Notes: generated from the letters alone by a model not told the origin. 55,348 bases of DNA from Comamonadaceae bacterium (GCA_025356545.1 JANXSU010000293.1:1-55348); one strand, 5' to 3'. Shown: positions 29,109 to 40,961, counted from the stretch's first letter. Numbers and translations: made by a program.

Positions 29109-30541
29109 ACGCAAACGATGCCCACCGCCTTGGTGTTGAGGTAGGCCTCCAGAATCTCGGTGCCGCCCTCAGAGCCGTAACCGGAGTCTTTCACGCCGCC
29201 GAAAGGCATCTCGGCCCATGGCGCGCCGCCTTGGTTGATCCACAGCATGCCCACTTCCAGGCGCTGGCTCAGCATATGGGTATTTTTCAGCGAGCTGGTG
29301 AATGCGTAGCTGGCTAGGCCGAAGGGGAGGCGATTCGATTCGTTAATGGCTTCTTCCAGCGTGTCAAAGCCCATGATGGCGGCCATGGGGCCGAAGGGCT
29401 CGGTGTTGAGCACGTCGGCGTTCATGGGCAGATCGGTGAACACGGTGGGCGCGAAGAAGTTGCCGCTGGTGCCAATGCGCTCGCCGCCTGTGGCCAGCGT
29501 CGCGCCTTTAGCGATGGCATCGGCGGTAAGTGCCGTCATGGCCGTTACGCGTCGTGCGTTGGCCAGCGGGCCCATTTGCGTGCCCTCGGCCATGCCGTCG
29601 GCCACGCGCAGTTTTTCAGCAATCGCGACCAAGCCTTTGGTGAACTCGGCCTTGACGGCGTTGTGCACCAGAAAGCGGGTAGGGGAAACACAGACTTGGC
29701 CTGCGTTGCGAAACTTCATCGTGCCTGCGGTTTTGAGTGCGAGTGCGATGTCAGCGTCTTCGGCCACGATGACGGGGGCGTGGCCACCCAGTTCCATCGT
29801 CGCGCGCTTCATGTGCAGACCGGCCATGGCGGCGAGCTGTTTGCCCACGGGCGTGGAGCCGGTGAAGGTGATTTTGCGCACCAGCGGGTGCGGGATCAGG
29901 TAGCCCGAAATCTCGGCCGGGTCGCCATAAACCAGGCTGATCACGCCTGCAGGCACGCCCGCATCGACAAAGGCTTGAATCAGCGCGGCAGGCGAAGCCG
30001 GGGTTTCTTCCGGGGCTTTGACGATGATGGAGCAGCCCGTGGCCAACGCCGCCGACAACTTGCGCACGACTTGGTTGATGGGGAAGTTCCACGGGGTGAA
30101 CGCGGCCACGATGCCCACAGGTTCTTTGTGCACCTGGGCCGACACGTTCATGGCGCGTGCGGGGACGATGCGGCCATAGGTGCGGCGGCCTTCTTCGGCG
30201 CACCACTCGATGATTTCGGCCGAGGCCATGGCTTCCATCTTGGCTTCAATCAGCGGCTTGCCTTGCTCTTGCGTCATCAGCGCGCCAATGTCGGCGGCGC
30301 GTTCGCGCATCAGCACGGCGGCTTGGCGCATGATTTTGGAGCGCTCAATGGCGGGCGTGTTGCGCCACAGGGCGAAGCCTTTTTGGGCGGAGGCTAGGGC
30401 GCGGTCCAGGTCGGCAATGCCTGCATGGGCGACACGGCCAATCTCTAGACCGGTGGATGGGTTAACCACTGCGATGGTTTTGCCGTTGGCGGCGTCGCAC
30501 CACTGGTTGTCGATGAGGAGTTGGGTGTTTTTGTAGGTCAT
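29105..30541 (-). CDS. NAD(P)+-dependent aldehyde dehydrogenase, 2,5-dioxovalerate (alpha-ketoglutarate semialdehyde) dehydrogenase-like
   Basis: ALDH motifs [32 protein letters not shown]. The genomic context with kdgD/garD/gudD supports a KGSADH role. Confidence 0.85.
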   Translation of the reverse strand: MTYKNTQLLIDNQWCDAANGKTIAVVNPSTGLEIGRVAHAGIADLDRALASAQKGFALWRNTPAIERSKIMRQAAVLMRERAADIGALMTQEQGKPLIEAKMEAMASAEIIEWCAEEGRRTYGRIVPARAMNVSAQVHKEPVGIVAAFTPWNFPINQVVRKLSAALATGCSIIVKAPEETPASPAALIQAFVDAGVPAGVISLVYGDPAEISGYLIPHPLVRKITFTGSTPVGKQLAAMAGLHMKRATMELGGHAPVIVAEDADIALALKTAGTMKFRNAGQVCVSPTRFLVHNAVKAEFTKGLVAIAEKLRVADGMAEGTQMGPLANARRVTAMTALTADAIAKGATLATGGERIGTSGNFFAPTVFTDLPMNADVLNTEPFGPMAAIMGFDTLEEAINESNRLPFGLASYAFTSSLKNTHMLSQRLEVGMLWINQGGAPWAEMPFGGVKDSGYGSEGGTEILEAYLNTKAVGIVCV

Positions 30542-30626
30542 GGGGAGTCCTTTGAATAAAGAAAAAATGGGATTGAAAAAGGGGAGGAAATCTGTGGATG
30601 CGCGTCGATGAGATCAGTGAATGCGA

Positions 30627-31619
30627 TCAGTCGATTTTGATAGAAGCTTCGGTCACGACCTTGAGCCAACGGGCGCGTTCTTTGTTGAAGAAGGCGTCTT
30701 GCTCCTCCGGGCGCATGGTCACCACTTCGGCCCCCAGGGCGACGAGGCGGCTGCGCACTTCGGGGGTGCGGATGACCTTTATCAGCTCGGCATTGAGTTT
30801 GTCGATAATCGCTTTGGGCGTGGCCGCACTCACCAGCATGCCTTGCCAAGTGCCGGACTCAAACCCCGTCACACCTTGCTCGGCCAGGGTGGGCATATCG
30901 GCCACCAAAGGCATGCGTTGCGCTTTGGAAATACCGATCACCTTGAGCTGACCGCTTTGCACATAGGGCAGGGTGGCTAACATGCCGTTCATCACCACAT
31001 GGGTCTGGCCTGCAATGGTGTCGGCCACGGCCTGCGAGCCCCCTTTGTAGGGGATGTAAACCCAGTTGGCTTTGCTGGCGCGCTCCACCGCCACGCCCGC
31101 CAAATGCGGTGCGCTGCCCATGCCGGTGACGGCAAAGTTGATGGGCGTCTTTTTAGAAAGTTCGACCAACTCTTTCAAGTTGTTAGCAGGCACCGAGGGG
31201 TGCACCGCCAGCATGTGCGGCGCATAGGCCAGCATGGTGACGCCGCGCAGGTCTTTGCTCGGTTCAAAGCTGAGCTTGGTATAGACCGAGGGACTGATGG
31301 CCAGCGCACCGGTATCGCACAACAGCAGGGTCAGACCGTCGGGTTTGGACTTGGACACCAAGTCGGCCCCCAGGTTGCCATTGGCCCCGGCGCGGTTTTC
31401 CACAATCACGGATTGTTTCAATGCCTCAGACAGCGGCTGGCTGATGGCGCGCGCAATGATGTCCGACGAGCCACCCGGCGCGTAGGGCACGATGATGCGG
31501 ATCGTGCCCGTGGGCCAAGTTTGCGCTTGCGCAGGCAGAGCGCACAGGCCTGCCAACGTGATGAGACATGAGCCTGAGGCGAACGCGCCGAGTGAGCGAC
31601 GGTTGAAATGAGGCACCAT
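30627..31619 (-). CDS. Bug-family (TctC-like) substrate-binding protein
   Basis: Signal peptide, then TIRIIVPYAPGGSSDIIARA...VENRAGANG. Confidence 0.9.
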   Translation of the reverse strand: MVPHFNRRSLGAFASGSCLITLAGLCALPAQAQTWPTGTIRIIVPYAPGGSSDIIARAISQPLSEALKQSVIVENRAGANGNLGADLVSKSKPDGLTLLLCDTGALAISPSVYTKLSFEPSKDLRGVTMLAYAPHMLAVHPSVPANNLKELVELSKKTPINFAVTGMGSAPHLAGVAVERASKANWVYIPYKGGSQAVADTIAGQTHVVMNGMLATLPYVQSGQLKVIGISKAQRMPLVADMPTLAEQGVTGFESGTWQGMLVSAATPKAIIDKLNAELIKVIRTPEVRSRLVALGAEVVTMRPEEQDAFFNKERARWLKVVTEASIKID

Positions 31620-31669
31620 GTTGTTCCTACTTTTGCAATGGGGCTTAGATGTTAACGCCCCACACCGCT

Positions 31670-32581
31670 TTACTGCGGGCCTAGGGATTTGATCAGCGCC
31701 GCCAGTTCTTCCATCTCGGCAGGCTTGAGGTCGGTCAAGGGTGCGCGCACTGGCCCGGCATCGTGGCCCACAATCTTGGCGCCCGCTTTGACGATGCTCA
31801 CGGCGTAGCCTTGCATCCTGTCGCGAATGGCCAGATAGGGCATGAAGAAATCGTGCAGCAAACGGTGCTGGGTTTTGAGGTCATCGGCCGCCACGGCGTG
31901 GTAGAAATCCATCGCGGTCTTGGGGATGAAGTTGAACACGGCGGACGAATAAACTGGTGTGCCCAGGGCCTTGTAAGCCGCGGCGTACACCTCGGCGGTG
32001 GGCAGACCACCCAGATAAGAGAAACGATCGCCCATGCGCTGGTAGATTTTGACCATGGTTTCGATGTCACCCACGCCGTCTTTGAAACCAATCAAATTCG
32101 GGCAGCGGTCGGCCAGGATGGCCAGCGAGTCAGGCGTGAGCTTGCAGACATTACGGTTGTAAACGATGACGCCAAATTTCACGCTCTTGCATACCGCCTC
32201 CACATGGGCGATCAGGCCGTCTTGTCCGGCTTCAGTCAGGTAATGCGGCATCAGCAAAATGCCGTGCGCGCCCTGGCGCTCGGCTTCCTGTGCGCAGGCA
32301 ATGGCAAAGCGGGTTGGGCCGCCAGCGCCGGCGATGATGGGCACCTTGCCACGGCAGGTTTGCACGGCGGTTTTGATGATGGCAGGGTATTCATCACCCG
32401 TCAGCGAGAAAAATTCACCCGTGCCGCCCGCCGCAAACAAGGCAGTGGCACCGTAGGGGGCCAGCCACTCCAGGCGCTCAATGTAGGTTTTGGGGCGGAA
32501 GTCGCCCTGTTCGTCGAAGTCGGTAACGGGAAAGGACAGGAGGCCGGAGCTGACGATGGTTTTGAGGTCTTGAGGATTCAT
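31670..32581 (-). CDS. kdgD: 5-dehydro-4-deoxyglucarate dehydratase
   Basis: [60 protein letters not shown] is the characteristic KdgD (DapA superfamily) N-terminus. 303 aa. Confidence 0.9.
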   Translation of the reverse strand: MNPQDLKTIVSSGLLSFPVTDFDEQGDFRPKTYIERLEWLAPYGATALFAAGGTGEFFSLTGDEYPAIIKTAVQTCRGKVPIIAGAGGPTRFAIACAQEAERQGAHGILLMPHYLTEAGQDGLIAHVEAVCKSVKFGVIVYNRNVCKLTPDSLAILADRCPNLIGFKDGVGDIETMVKIYQRMGDRFSYLGGLPTAEVYAAAYKALGTPVYSSAVFNFIPKTAMDFYHAVAADDLKTQHRLLHDFFMPYLAIRDRMQGYAVSIVKAGAKIVGHDAGPVRAPLTDLKPAEMEELAALIKSLGPQ

Positions 32582-32635
32582 GATTTTGAAGTTAACTGAG
32601 GGTTGAGCAATGGGTGGGGCGGGGGGCTGGGGTCT

Positions 32636-34207
32636 TCAGGTGACAGGGGCCGGATTGAACAGCACCAGTGCGTTATGCAGCTTCCAGTGCTCGGCCCAGG
32701 TTTTTTTACGGCCACTGGCAACTTCGAGCATCAGATGGAACATCTCCCAGCCGATGTCTTCAATCGTGGCGTCGCCGTCGGCAATGCGCCCGGCATTGAT
32801 GTCCATCAGGTCGTGCCAGCGCAGTGCCAGATCGGTGCGCGTTGCCACTTTGATGACGGGGCATTCGGCCAAGCCATAAGGTGTGCCGCGCCCGGTGGTG
32901 AACACATGCAGGTTCATGCCGGCGGCCAGTTGCAGCGTGCCGCAAATGAAGTCGCTGGCGGGCGTGGCCGCGTAGATGAGACCTTTTTGCTTGAGTTTCT
33001 CGCCAGGTGCCAGCACGCCCGAGATGGGCGAGGATCCGGACTTGACGATGGAGCCCATCGCCTTCTCAACGATATTGGACAGGCCGCCCGCTTTGTTGCC
33101 GGGCGTGGTGTTGGCGCTGCGGTCTACCTTGCCGCGTTGCAGATAGGCGTCGTACCAGGCCATCTCGCGGATCATGGCCTGCGCCACTTCGGGCGTGGTG
33201 GCACGTGATGTGAGCTGGTCTATGCCATCGCGCACCTCGGTGGTTTCCGAGAACATCACGCTTGCCCCGGCGCGCACCAGCAGGTCGGTGCAAAAACCAA
33301 CCGCCGGATTCGCCGTGACGCCCGAGAACGCGTCGCTGCCGCCGCACTGCACACCCACCACCAGTTCACTCGCTGGCACCGTTTCGCGCAGGCGCGCGTT
33401 CAGGCGCTCCAGATGCTGCTCCGCCTGGCGCATGATGGATTCGACCATGGACATGAAGCCCACATGGGCATCGTCTTGCAGACACACCACATCCAGCGGG
33501 GTGTCTGCGCTGGCACCCACGTCGGCCACGTTGCGCTCGTCCACGATGGCAAACGAGCCCGGTGGCAGCAAGCGCTCGGGTTGCAGCTTTTCGCAGCCCA
33601 AGCTGACCACCATCACTTCGCCACCAAAGTTCGGGTTCAGGCTGATGTTGCGCAAGGTGCGGATGGGGATTTCTGCGCCCGGTGCGTCAATCGCCACGCC
33701 GCAGCCGTAGCCGTGTTCCAGCGCCACCACATCGTCAACATTGGGGAACCGGGGGAGCAGTTCAGCTTTGATGCGTTGCACGGCAAAGTCGGTCACACCG
33801 GCCACGCATTGCACAGTTTGCGTGATGGCCAGGATGTTGCGCGTGCCCACCGAGCCATCGGCATTGCGAAAGCCCTCAAACGTGTAGCCCTCCAGCGGGG
33901 CTTGGGGTTCTGGCTTGAGGGTGGAAATCGGCAAGTTGTCCAGCTCGCGCGCATCGGGCATCTTCAGCAAGCGCTCATGCACCCAACTGCCTGCGGCAAT
34001 AGGCTTGATGGCATAGCCAATCGGAATGCCGTAGCGCAGCACGGGGGCGTTGGCCTCCAAATCGGTCAATGCGACTTTGTGACCTTGCGGCACTTGATCG
34101 CGCAAGACCAGGCCCGAGGGCAGGGTGGCGCCGGGGGGCAAGCCGCCCGCGTTGGCGACAATGGCGACGTTGTCGCGCTCATGCATAAGAATGGTGAGTG
34201 GATTCAT
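32636..34207 (-). CDS. garD: Galactarate dehydratase (UxaA/GarD family)
   Basis: Start [19 protein letters not shown] (SAF domain) at 34207. 523 aa. GYGCG..., [15 protein letters not shown] and [16 protein letters not shown] are UxaA-family motifs. The track ORF start at 34297 adds 30 unlikely residues. Confidence 0.9.
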   Translation of the reverse strand: MNPLTILMHERDNVAIVANAGGLPPGATLPSGLVLRDQVPQGHKVALTDLEANAPVLRYGIPIGYAIKPIAAGSWVHERLLKMPDARELDNLPISTLKPEPQAPLEGYTFEGFRNADGSVGTRNILAITQTVQCVAGVTDFAVQRIKAELLPRFPNVDDVVALEHGYGCGVAIDAPGAEIPIRTLRNISLNPNFGGEVMVVSLGCEKLQPERLLPPGSFAIVDERNVADVGASADTPLDVVCLQDDAHVGFMSMVESIMRQAEQHLERLNARLRETVPASELVVGVQCGGSDAFSGVTANPAVGFCTDLLVRAGASVMFSETTEVRDGIDQLTSRATTPEVAQAMIREMAWYDAYLQRGKVDRSANTTPGNKAGGLSNIVEKAMGSIVKSGSSPISGVLAPGEKLKQKGLIYAATPASDFICGTLQLAAGMNLHVFTTGRGTPYGLAECPVIKVATRTDLALRWHDLMDINAGRIADGDATIEDIGWEMFHLMLEVASGRKKTWAEHWKLHNALVLFNPAPVT

Positions 34208-34245
34208 GGCATCTCCTGGCAGGAATCCGGCGATTGTAATCCAAA

Positions 34246-34259
34246 TGATTGCGCTACCA
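34246..34259. promoter_or_regulatory. Imperfect palindrome related to the 24892 operator
   Basis: TGATTGCGCTACCA (5/7 symmetric) lies in the garD / LacI divergent region. It shares the TG-N4-GCG-N-TA-N-CA frame with the sites at 24893 and 35351. Confidence 0.4.
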
Positions 34260-34272
34260 TATAAATTGCATA

Positions 34273-35310
34273 ATGACCCAAATGAACGATAAACCAATGC
34301 CTAAACGCGCACGCCGCAGCAGCGGGGCCATGACCTTGAGTGATGTGGCCAAGCTGGCGGGTGTGGCGCCCATCACGGCGTCCCGTGCGATCAATACGCC
34401 GGATCAGGTCTCGCCTCAGGTTCTGCAAAAAGTGCAGGACGCGGTGCTGCGTACCGGTTATGTGCCCAACCGCATGGCCGGTGGCTTGGCGTCGTCGCGC
34501 AGCCGCCTGATTGCCGCCGTGGTGCCCAGCACCGTGATGTCGGTGTTCATGGAGACAGTGGAATCCCTCAACAACACTTTGTTCGATGCGGGATACCAGT
34601 TGATGTTGGGGCAATCCGGCTACTCGCCTGCGCGTGAGGAGGTGTTGTTGGAATCCATCATTGGGCGTCGCCCGGACGGTATTTTTTTGGCTGGCATTTT
34701 GCAATCCGGCAAGGGCCGGACACGGCTGCTGGCGTCGGGCATCCCCATCGTCGAAAGCTGGGATCTGACGCCCACCCCCATTGACATGCTGATTGGATTT
34801 TCTCACTCTGAAATTGGTCGTGAAGTGGCGCAATATTTCATGAATAAAAGTCGCCAACGCTTTGCCTTGGTGCGGGCCGAAGACGAGCGTGCGGGTCGTC
34901 GTGCCACGGCCTTTATCAATGAGGTGGCACAACGTGGCTTGGGAGAGGTGTTTGTCGTGAACGTTGGGGCTTCGCGCTCCATCCAAAGCGGCCGTGAAGC
35001 CATGCTGCGCATCCTGCACGAGGCACCTGAAGTGGATGCCATTTTTTGCAGCTCAGATTTGTTGGCGCTGGGCGTCATGACCGAAGCCAGAGTGCAAGGT
35101 ATCGCCGTGCCTGAGCGCATCGCCATCATGGGCTTTGGCGATATCCCGTTTGTGGCGGACATGGTGCCAGCCCTGAGCACCGTGCGCATTAACGGCGGCG
35201 ACATTGGCCGACAAGCGGCCCGCTTTTTGATGGACAGAGCCGAAGGCCGAGCGGTCGAGCAGCGCATTGTGGATGTGGGCTTTTCCATCGTGGTGCGCGA
35301 CAGCGCTTGA
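34273..35310 (+). CDS. LacI-family transcriptional regulator (glucarate/galactarate cluster)
   Basis: [50 protein letters not shown]. It is a paralogue of the regulator at 24933. The start is ambiguous (34273, 34282 or 34297). Confidence 0.88.
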   Translation: MTQMNDKPMPKRARRSSGAMTLSDVAKLAGVAPITASRAINTPDQVSPQVLQKVQDAVLRTGYVPNRMAGGLASSRSRLIAAVVPSTVMSVFMETVESLNNTLFDAGYQLMLGQSGYSPAREEVLLESIIGRRPDGIFLAGILQSGKGRTRLLASGIPIVESWDLTPTPIDMLIGFSHSEIGREVAQYFMNKSRQRFALVRAEDERAGRRATAFINEVAQRGLGEVFVVNVGASRSIQSGREAMLRILHEAPEVDAIFCSSDLLALGVMTEARVQGIAVPERIAIMGFGDIPFVADMVPALSTVRINGGDIGRQAARFLMDRAEGRAVEQRIVDVGFSIVVRDSA

Positions 35311-35350
35311 TTGGGGTAAACCCTTATTTAAATGCGTTGACGTTCTGATT

Positions 35351-35364
35351 TGGTAGCGTTACCA
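35351..35364. promoter_or_regulatory. Near-perfect palindrome, candidate LacI-family operator upstream of the Bug-gudD operon
   Basis: TGGTAGCGTTACCA (6/7 symmetric) lies 66 nt upstream of the Bug gene ATG. Confidence 0.5.
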
Positions 35365-35429
35365 TTCGACTCGAAAAATAGCAAACGCACAGCAACCCAA
35401 TTCCCGCTCACGAAGACAGGACTTACCCT

Positions 35430-36416
35430 ATGAAACGGACAAGCTTTTTACATTCAGCTCTGGCTTTTGCCTTGGCACTGGTTGGCGGCAGCCTGACCCC
35501 CAACGCTTTTGCGCAAGCCGAATACCCAGACAAGCCCATCAAAATCATCGTCCCTTTTCCACCGGGCGGCACCAGTGATGTGATGGGACGCATGCTGGCC
35601 GATGAGCTGGCTCGCGTGTTGAAGCAGCCCGTCATTGTTGAGAACATCGGCGGTGCCGGTGGGGTGATTGGTACTGAGCGCGTCACCAAAATGCCGGCGG
35701 ATGGCTACACACTGATTCAAACCGGGGTGGGGCAAAGTGCCGTGGCGCATGGTTTGGAGCCTTTCCCCAAATACAACTCGGTCACGGATTTCATTCACCT
35801 GACGCAGGTTCATACCGGCCCCAATGTGCTGGTGGTCAACGTCAATACGCCTTACAAGTCGCTTAAGGATGTGATCGCCTTTGCCAAGGCCAACCCGGGT
35901 AAGCTGGACTACGGCTACACCAATGCGGCCTCGGGCCACATGGCGATGGAGCTGTTCAAGCAAACCACCGGGATTTTTATGACGGGTATCCCCTATCGGG
36001 GCGGTGGCCCCATGCTGACTGATCTTTTAGGCGGCACCATTCCCATGATGTTCATCAACCAGGATGCCGCTTTGCCCTACGTCAAGGCCGGTAAATTGCG
36101 TGCGCTGGCTGTGACCAGTGCCAAGCGCAATGCGCTCTACCCGGATGTGCCCAGCATTGCCGAGTCCGGCTACAAAGGTTTTGAGGCCATGTCGTGGTCT
36201 GGTATTTCCGTGGTCAAGGGTACGCCCGCCCCCATCGTGGCCAAGCTGGAGGCGGCTGTGGTTCAGGCCATGAGTTCACCCCAAATTAAGCAGCGCCTGG
36301 AGTCGGTCGGTTTTGAGGTGCCTGCGCAAGGGGGCAAGCCCTATGCCGACTTCGTGAAAAGCGAAGCTGAGCGTTGGGTGAAAGTGATCAAAACCGCAGG
36401 CATTAAAGCGCAGTGA
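35430..36416 (+). CDS. Bug-family (TctC-like) substrate-binding protein
   Basis: Signal peptide, then [20 protein letters not shown]...VENIGGAGG. Confidence 0.9.
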   Translation: MKRTSFLHSALAFALALVGGSLTPNAFAQAEYPDKPIKIIVPFPPGGTSDVMGRMLADELARVLKQPVIVENIGGAGGVIGTERVTKMPADGYTLIQTGVGQSAVAHGLEPFPKYNSVTDFIHLTQVHTGPNVLVVNVNTPYKSLKDVIAFAKANPGKLDYGYTNAASGHMAMELFKQTTGIFMTGIPYRGGGPMLTDLLGGTIPMMFINQDAALPYVKAGKLRALAVTSAKRNALYPDVPSIAESGYKGFEAMSWSGISVVKGTPAPIVAKLEAAVVQAMSSPQIKQRLESVGFEVPAQGGKPYADFVKSEAERWVKVIKTAGIKAQ

Positions 36417-36417
36417 T

Positions 36418-37752
36418 ATGAAAAATTTTGATACCCCTGTCATCACCGCCTTGCGCGTCATCCCCGTGGCTGGGCATGACAGCATGCTCATGAACCTGAG
36501 CGGCGCACATGGTGCTTTCTTCACCCGCAACCTCTTGATCCTCACCGACAGCGCAGGCCGCACCGGCATCGGTGAAGTACCGGGTGGTGAAAAAATTCGC
36601 GCCACTTTGCAAGAAGCGACTGAGCTGGTGGTGGGCCAAGGCTTGGGTAACGTGCAGGCCGTGCTCAACCTGATGCGTGAGCGTTTTGCCGACCGTGATG
36701 TGGGCGGGCGCGGGCTGCAAACCTTTGACTTGCGCACCACCATTCACGCCGTGACGGCGGTGGAATCGGCCCTGCTGGATTTGCTGGGTCAGCACTTGAA
36801 TGTGCCCGTGGCGGCGCTGCTGGGTGAAGGCCAACAGCGTGAATCGGTGGAGATGCTGGGTTACCTCTTCTTCATTGGCGACCGTAACAAAACTGACCTG
36901 CCCTACCGCAGTGAACCGGATGCTGATACCGCCTGGGCGCGCCTGCGCCACGAGGAGGCCATGACGCCCGAGTCCGTGGTGCGTCTGGCCGAGGCGGCGC
37001 GTGAGCGCTATGGCTTTAATGACTTCAAACTCAAAGGCGGCGTGCTGGCTGGTGAGGTTGAAATTGACGCCATGCGTGCCTTGCACGAACGCTTTCCTCA
37101 AGCCCGCGTCACACTGGACCCCAATGGTGGCTGGCTGCTCAAGGACGCCGTGCGGCTGATGCGCGACATGCGCGGCGTGGTGGCTTATGCGGAAGACCCT
37201 TGCGGTGCGGAGGAGGGCTTTAGCGGGCGTGAGGTGATGGCGGAGTTTCGCCGCGCCACCGGCTTGCCCACGGCCACCAATATGGTCGCCACGGACTGGC
37301 GGCAGTTGCAGCATTCGCTCTCGTTGCAAAGTGTGGATATCCCACTGGCCGACCCGCACTTCTGGACCATGGCAGGCTCGGTGCGCGTGGCGCAAACTTG
37401 CCGTGACTGGGGTCTGACCTGGGGTTCGCATTCCAACAACCATTTTGATATTTCGCTCGCCATGTTCACCCATGTGGCCGCTGCCGCGCCTGGCAAAGTC
37501 ACGGCCATTGACACCCACTGGATTTGGCAAGACGGACAGGGCCTGACCAAAGAGCCCTTGCAGATCATCAACGGCCATGTCGAAGTGCCCAAAAAACCAG
37601 GCCTCGGTATTGAGCTGGACATGGCCAAGGTAGAGCAAGCCCACCAGCTGTATTTGCAGCACGGACTGGGCTCGCGTGACGATGCCAGCGCCATGCAGTC
37701 CCTGATTCCCGGCTGGAAGTTCGACAACAAGCGACCTTGCATGGTTCGCTAA
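36418..37752 (+). CDS. gudD: Glucarate dehydratase (enolase superfamily)
   Basis: [58 protein letters not shown] is the characteristic GudD N-terminus. 444 aa. It starts 1 nt after the Bug stop. Confidence 0.92.
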   Translation: MKNFDTPVITALRVIPVAGHDSMLMNLSGAHGAFFTRNLLILTDSAGRTGIGEVPGGEKIRATLQEATELVVGQGLGNVQAVLNLMRERFADRDVGGRGLQTFDLRTTIHAVTAVESALLDLLGQHLNVPVAALLGEGQQRESVEMLGYLFFIGDRNKTDLPYRSEPDADTAWARLRHEEAMTPESVVRLAEAARERYGFNDFKLKGGVLAGEVEIDAMRALHERFPQARVTLDPNGGWLLKDAVRLMRDMRGVVAYAEDPCGAEEGFSGREVMAEFRRATGLPTATNMVATDWRQLQHSLSLQSVDIPLADPHFWTMAGSVRVAQTCRDWGLTWGSHSNNHFDISLAMFTHVAAAAPGKVTAIDTHWIWQDGQGLTKEPLQIINGHVEVPKKPGLGIELDMAKVEQAHQLYLQHGLGSRDDASAMQSLIPGWKFDNKRPCMVR

Positions 37753-37836
37753 GGCGGATGATGAAAACTTTGCAATCCATTCGCGTTCGCACGGGTCAGC
37801 CGGTTTGAGTTTTTTCGCGATGCAGCCTCAATCATC

Positions 37837-38729
37837 ATGAACAACTCAAACACCCCAATGACCTCCAGTGACCGCATCACCTGGGTGCGCGTTTCTTCGT
37901 GCTATCTGCCCTTGGCTACGCCCATCAGCGACGCCAAGGTGCTGACGGGTCGGCAAAAGCCGATGACCGAAATTGCTATTTTGTTCGCTGAAATCGAAAC
38001 AGAAAGCGGTCATCAAGGCCTGGGCTTCAGCTACTCCAAGCGGGCCGGTGGCCCCGGCCAGTTTGCGCATGCCAAGGAGATTGCGCCCGTGCTTATTGAT
38101 GAAGACCCCAGCGATATCGCCAAGCTGCTGGGTTCCTGCGAGACTCGGTGCGCTGCTACAACACCTCGGGTGGTTTCTTGCACACACCGATTGACCCGTT
38201 GATGGTCAATGCGTCAGCCTCTATCGCACGCGGTATTGGCGGCATCAAGCTCAAGGTGGGCCAGCCCGATGCGGCACTGGACATTGCCCGCGTGACGGCG
38301 GTGCGCAAGCACCTGGGTGATGCTGTGCCCATCATGGTGGACGCCAACCAGCAGTGGGATCGGCCCACCGCCCAGCGCATGTGCCGCATCTTCGAGCCAT
38401 TCAACCTGGTCTGGATCGAAGAGCCGCTGGACGCCTATGACCATGAAGGCCACGCCGCCCTGGCGCTGCAATTCGACACGCCTATCGACACCGGCGAAAT
38501 GCTCACCAGCACCGCCGAGCATGCGGGCCTGATGCTGGCCCCGCACTTCGCGATGGAACTTCATGTGCATCTGGCTGCGGCTTATCCGCGTGAGCCCTTG
38601 TTCAATGAGCGTATCGAGATCAAGGACGGTCGCATGCGGGTGCCGACCCGGCCTGGCTTGGGCCTGACATTGAGCGAGCAGGTCAAAGCCTGGACCCGCG
38701 AAGTGGCCGAAGTCGGCTCACGCTTTTGA
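37837..38729 (+). pseudogene. Decayed enolase-superfamily (mandelate racemase subgroup, L-talarate/galactarate dehydratase-like) gene
   Basis: Two frames are needed. The 37837 frame reads ...LPLATPISDAKVLTGRQKPMTEIAILFAEIE...GFSYSKRAGG...DEDPSDIAKLLGS. The 38148 frame reads RCYNTSGGFL...GGIKLKVGQP...MVDANQQWDR...WIEEPLDAYD.... About 297 codons in total, against about 390-400 expected. Segments are missing at three points (see findings). Confidence 0.75.
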
Positions 38730-38764
38730 CCGCACAACCCAGACCGAACCCTCAAGGAGCCTCC

Positions 38765-39742
38765 ATGCCGATCATTGCCTCTACATTGCATGTCGTGTTC
38801 GCGACCTGGATGGCGCTGTGTGCCACCCAAGTCACCGCCGCCGACAAATTTCCCAGCGCCCCGATTCGCATGTTGGTCGGTACGCCCGCAGGCGGCACCA
38901 CGGACATCGTGGCCCGGCTGATTGCCTTGAAAATGACGGAGTCATTGGGTCAACCCGTGATGGTTGAGAACAAGGCGGGTGCCAGCGGCCTGATTGCGGC
39001 CGAAGCCGTGGCCAAGACGACCGCGGATGGCTACACCGTTTTGATGGCTTCGTCACAGTTGGCGACTTTTCGGGCGCTCTACCCCACCACCACGTTCGAC
39101 CCGGAGCGTGACCTGGTGCCCGTAGGCATGATCGCCACGTCGCCTTATGTGATGGTGGTTCATCCCTCGCTGCCGGTGAAGTCGCTGCCGGAGTTGATCG
39201 CTTACGCCAAGGCGAATCCTGGCAAGATTTCTTACGCAGGCTCCACGCCAGGCACGGCGCAGCATCTGGGCTGGGAATTGATCAAGCGCAAAACCGGCAT
39301 GGACATTCAGTACGTGCCCTACAAAGGCACCAGCGCGCTGATGCCTGACTTGCTGGCCGGACGCTTGCAGGCCGGTATCGACAACGTTGCCGTTTTGACC
39401 CCCTACATCAGGAGCGGCCAGTTACGCGGCATTGCGGTCACCAGCCTCAAACCCAGCCCCTTGCTGTCCGAGTTGCCCACAGTGGCGGCGACGGGTGTGC
39501 CGGATTTTCAGGCCATGGGTTGGTTCGGTGTTTTCACCACGGGCAAAGTGCCGTCTGCGGTGCTGGCCGCGCTGAAGTCTGCCTTGACGACGGCGATGGC
39601 GGCCCCTGAGACGCGGGACAAACTCGGTGCCATCGGCGTAGAGGCGCAAACAGGTGCCAGCGAAGATCTGCGTGCCTTGCTGCGCCGTGAAACCACGGTG
39701 TGGACCCAGGTCATCAAAGACAGTGGCATCACGGTGCAATGA
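38765..39742 (+). CDS. Bug-family (TctC-like) substrate-binding protein
   Basis: The ATG at 38765 is preceded by AAGGAG. Signal peptide, then PIRMLVGTPAGGTTDIVARL...VENKAGASG. Confidence 0.88.
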   Translation: MPIIASTLHVVFATWMALCATQVTAADKFPSAPIRMLVGTPAGGTTDIVARLIALKMTESLGQPVMVENKAGASGLIAAEAVAKTTADGYTVLMASSQLATFRALYPTTTFDPERDLVPVGMIATSPYVMVVHPSLPVKSLPELIAYAKANPGKISYAGSTPGTAQHLGWELIKRKTGMDIQYVPYKGTSALMPDLLAGRLQAGIDNVAVLTPYIRSGQLRGIAVTSLKPSPLLSELPTVAATGVPDFQAMGWFGVFTTGKVPSAVLAALKSALTTAMAAPETRDKLGAIGVEAQTGASEDLRALLRRETTVWTQVIKDSGITVQ

Positions 39743-39842
39743 GCCCACCTCGTTCACCGCTAAGCCAGTTTTTTCTGGATCATTCGAGAATCCGTGCGGC
39801 CGGTTGCCGTAATTCACTTTATCCATCAGCTAGGAGACAAAA

Positions 39843-40961
39843 ATGCAAGTCAAGAACAGCCAAGCACGCCGCGATTTTTTGAAAGCCACGGCCAGTGCCG
39901 GTTTGGCTGCCGTGGGCGGATCTGCGCTGGCGCAGTCCTTCAGTTTCAGCCCCAACCAGCGCTACCCTGACCCTTCGGTGTTGATTTTGGACCCCAGCTT
40001 TGCCAAGTACCGCCTCTACAGCAGCACGGTCGAGCAGGTCGGCACGGGCATGCGCTGGGCCGAAGGCCCGGCTTACTTCCCCGGTGCAACGGCAGGCGCA
40101 CCGGGCTATTTGCTGTGCAGCGATATTCCCAATAATCGCCTGATGAAGTTCGACGAAGCCACGAACAAATTCACCGTTCACAAAACCAATGTGAACTACG
40201 CCAACGGCAACACGCGGGATCGCCAGGGTCTCTTGATCAGCTGCGAACACTCGGTCACACGCCGCGTGGTGCGCACCGAGAAAAACGGCAAGATGACCGT
40301 GCTGGCTGACAACTATGAAGGCAAGCGCCTGAACGCGCCCAACGACATCGTGGTCAAGTCCGACGACACCATCTGGTTCACCGACCCGCTGTTCGGCATC
40401 AACGGCGAATGGGAAGGCGCGCGCGCCAAGTCCGAGCAAGCCACGACCAATGTGTACCGCATCGGCAAAGACGGCAAGCTCACCGCTGTCATCACCGAAC
40501 TGGTCAACCCCAACGGCCTGGCCTTCTCGCCTGACGAGAGCAAGCTCTACGTGGTGGAGTGGAAGGGCACGCCGAATCGCAGCATCTGGAGCTATGACGT
40601 CAACGCCGACGGAACGGTGGGCAACAAGACCAAGCTGATTGACGCCGACGGCCCCGGCTCACTGGATGGCTTCCGGGTGGACCGCGACGGCAACCTGTGG
40701 TGCGGCTGGGGTTACAACGGCTCCTTCCAGGCTACGGCCACTGACGTGGGTGGCGGCATGAAGGCGCACCTGCAAAACGGCAAGACCGAAGACTATGACG
40801 GCGTGAAGGTGTTCAACAAAGACGGCAAAGCCATCGGCTTCATCCGTCTGCCAGAGCGCTGCGCCAATCTGGAGTTCGGCGGCCCTAAACGCAACCGCCT
40901 GTACATGGCGAGCAGCCATTCGCTGTACGCGCTGTACGTGGAGTCTCACGGGGCAGTTTGA
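39843..40961 (+). CDS. Tat-exported SMP-30/gluconolactonase/LRE-family lactonase
   Basis: Twin-arginine signal MQVKNSQARRDFLKATASAGLAAVGGSALA. Beta-propeller motifs: NDIVVKSDDTIWFTDP, PNGLAFSPDE, DGFRVDRDGNLW. Confidence 0.85.
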   Translation: MQVKNSQARRDFLKATASAGLAAVGGSALAQSFSFSPNQRYPDPSVLILDPSFAKYRLYSSTVEQVGTGMRWAEGPAYFPGATAGAPGYLLCSDIPNNRLMKFDEATNKFTVHKTNVNYANGNTRDRQGLLISCEHSVTRRVVRTEKNGKMTVLADNYEGKRLNAPNDIVVKSDDTIWFTDPLFGINGEWEGARAKSEQATTNVYRIGKDGKLTAVITELVNPNGLAFSPDESKLYVVEWKGTPNRSIWSYDVNADGTVGNKTKLIDADGPGSLDGFRVDRDGNLWCGWGYNGSFQATATDVGGGMKAHLQNGKTEDYDGVKVFNKDGKAIGFIRLPERCANLEFGGPKRNRLYMASSHSLYALYVESHGAV

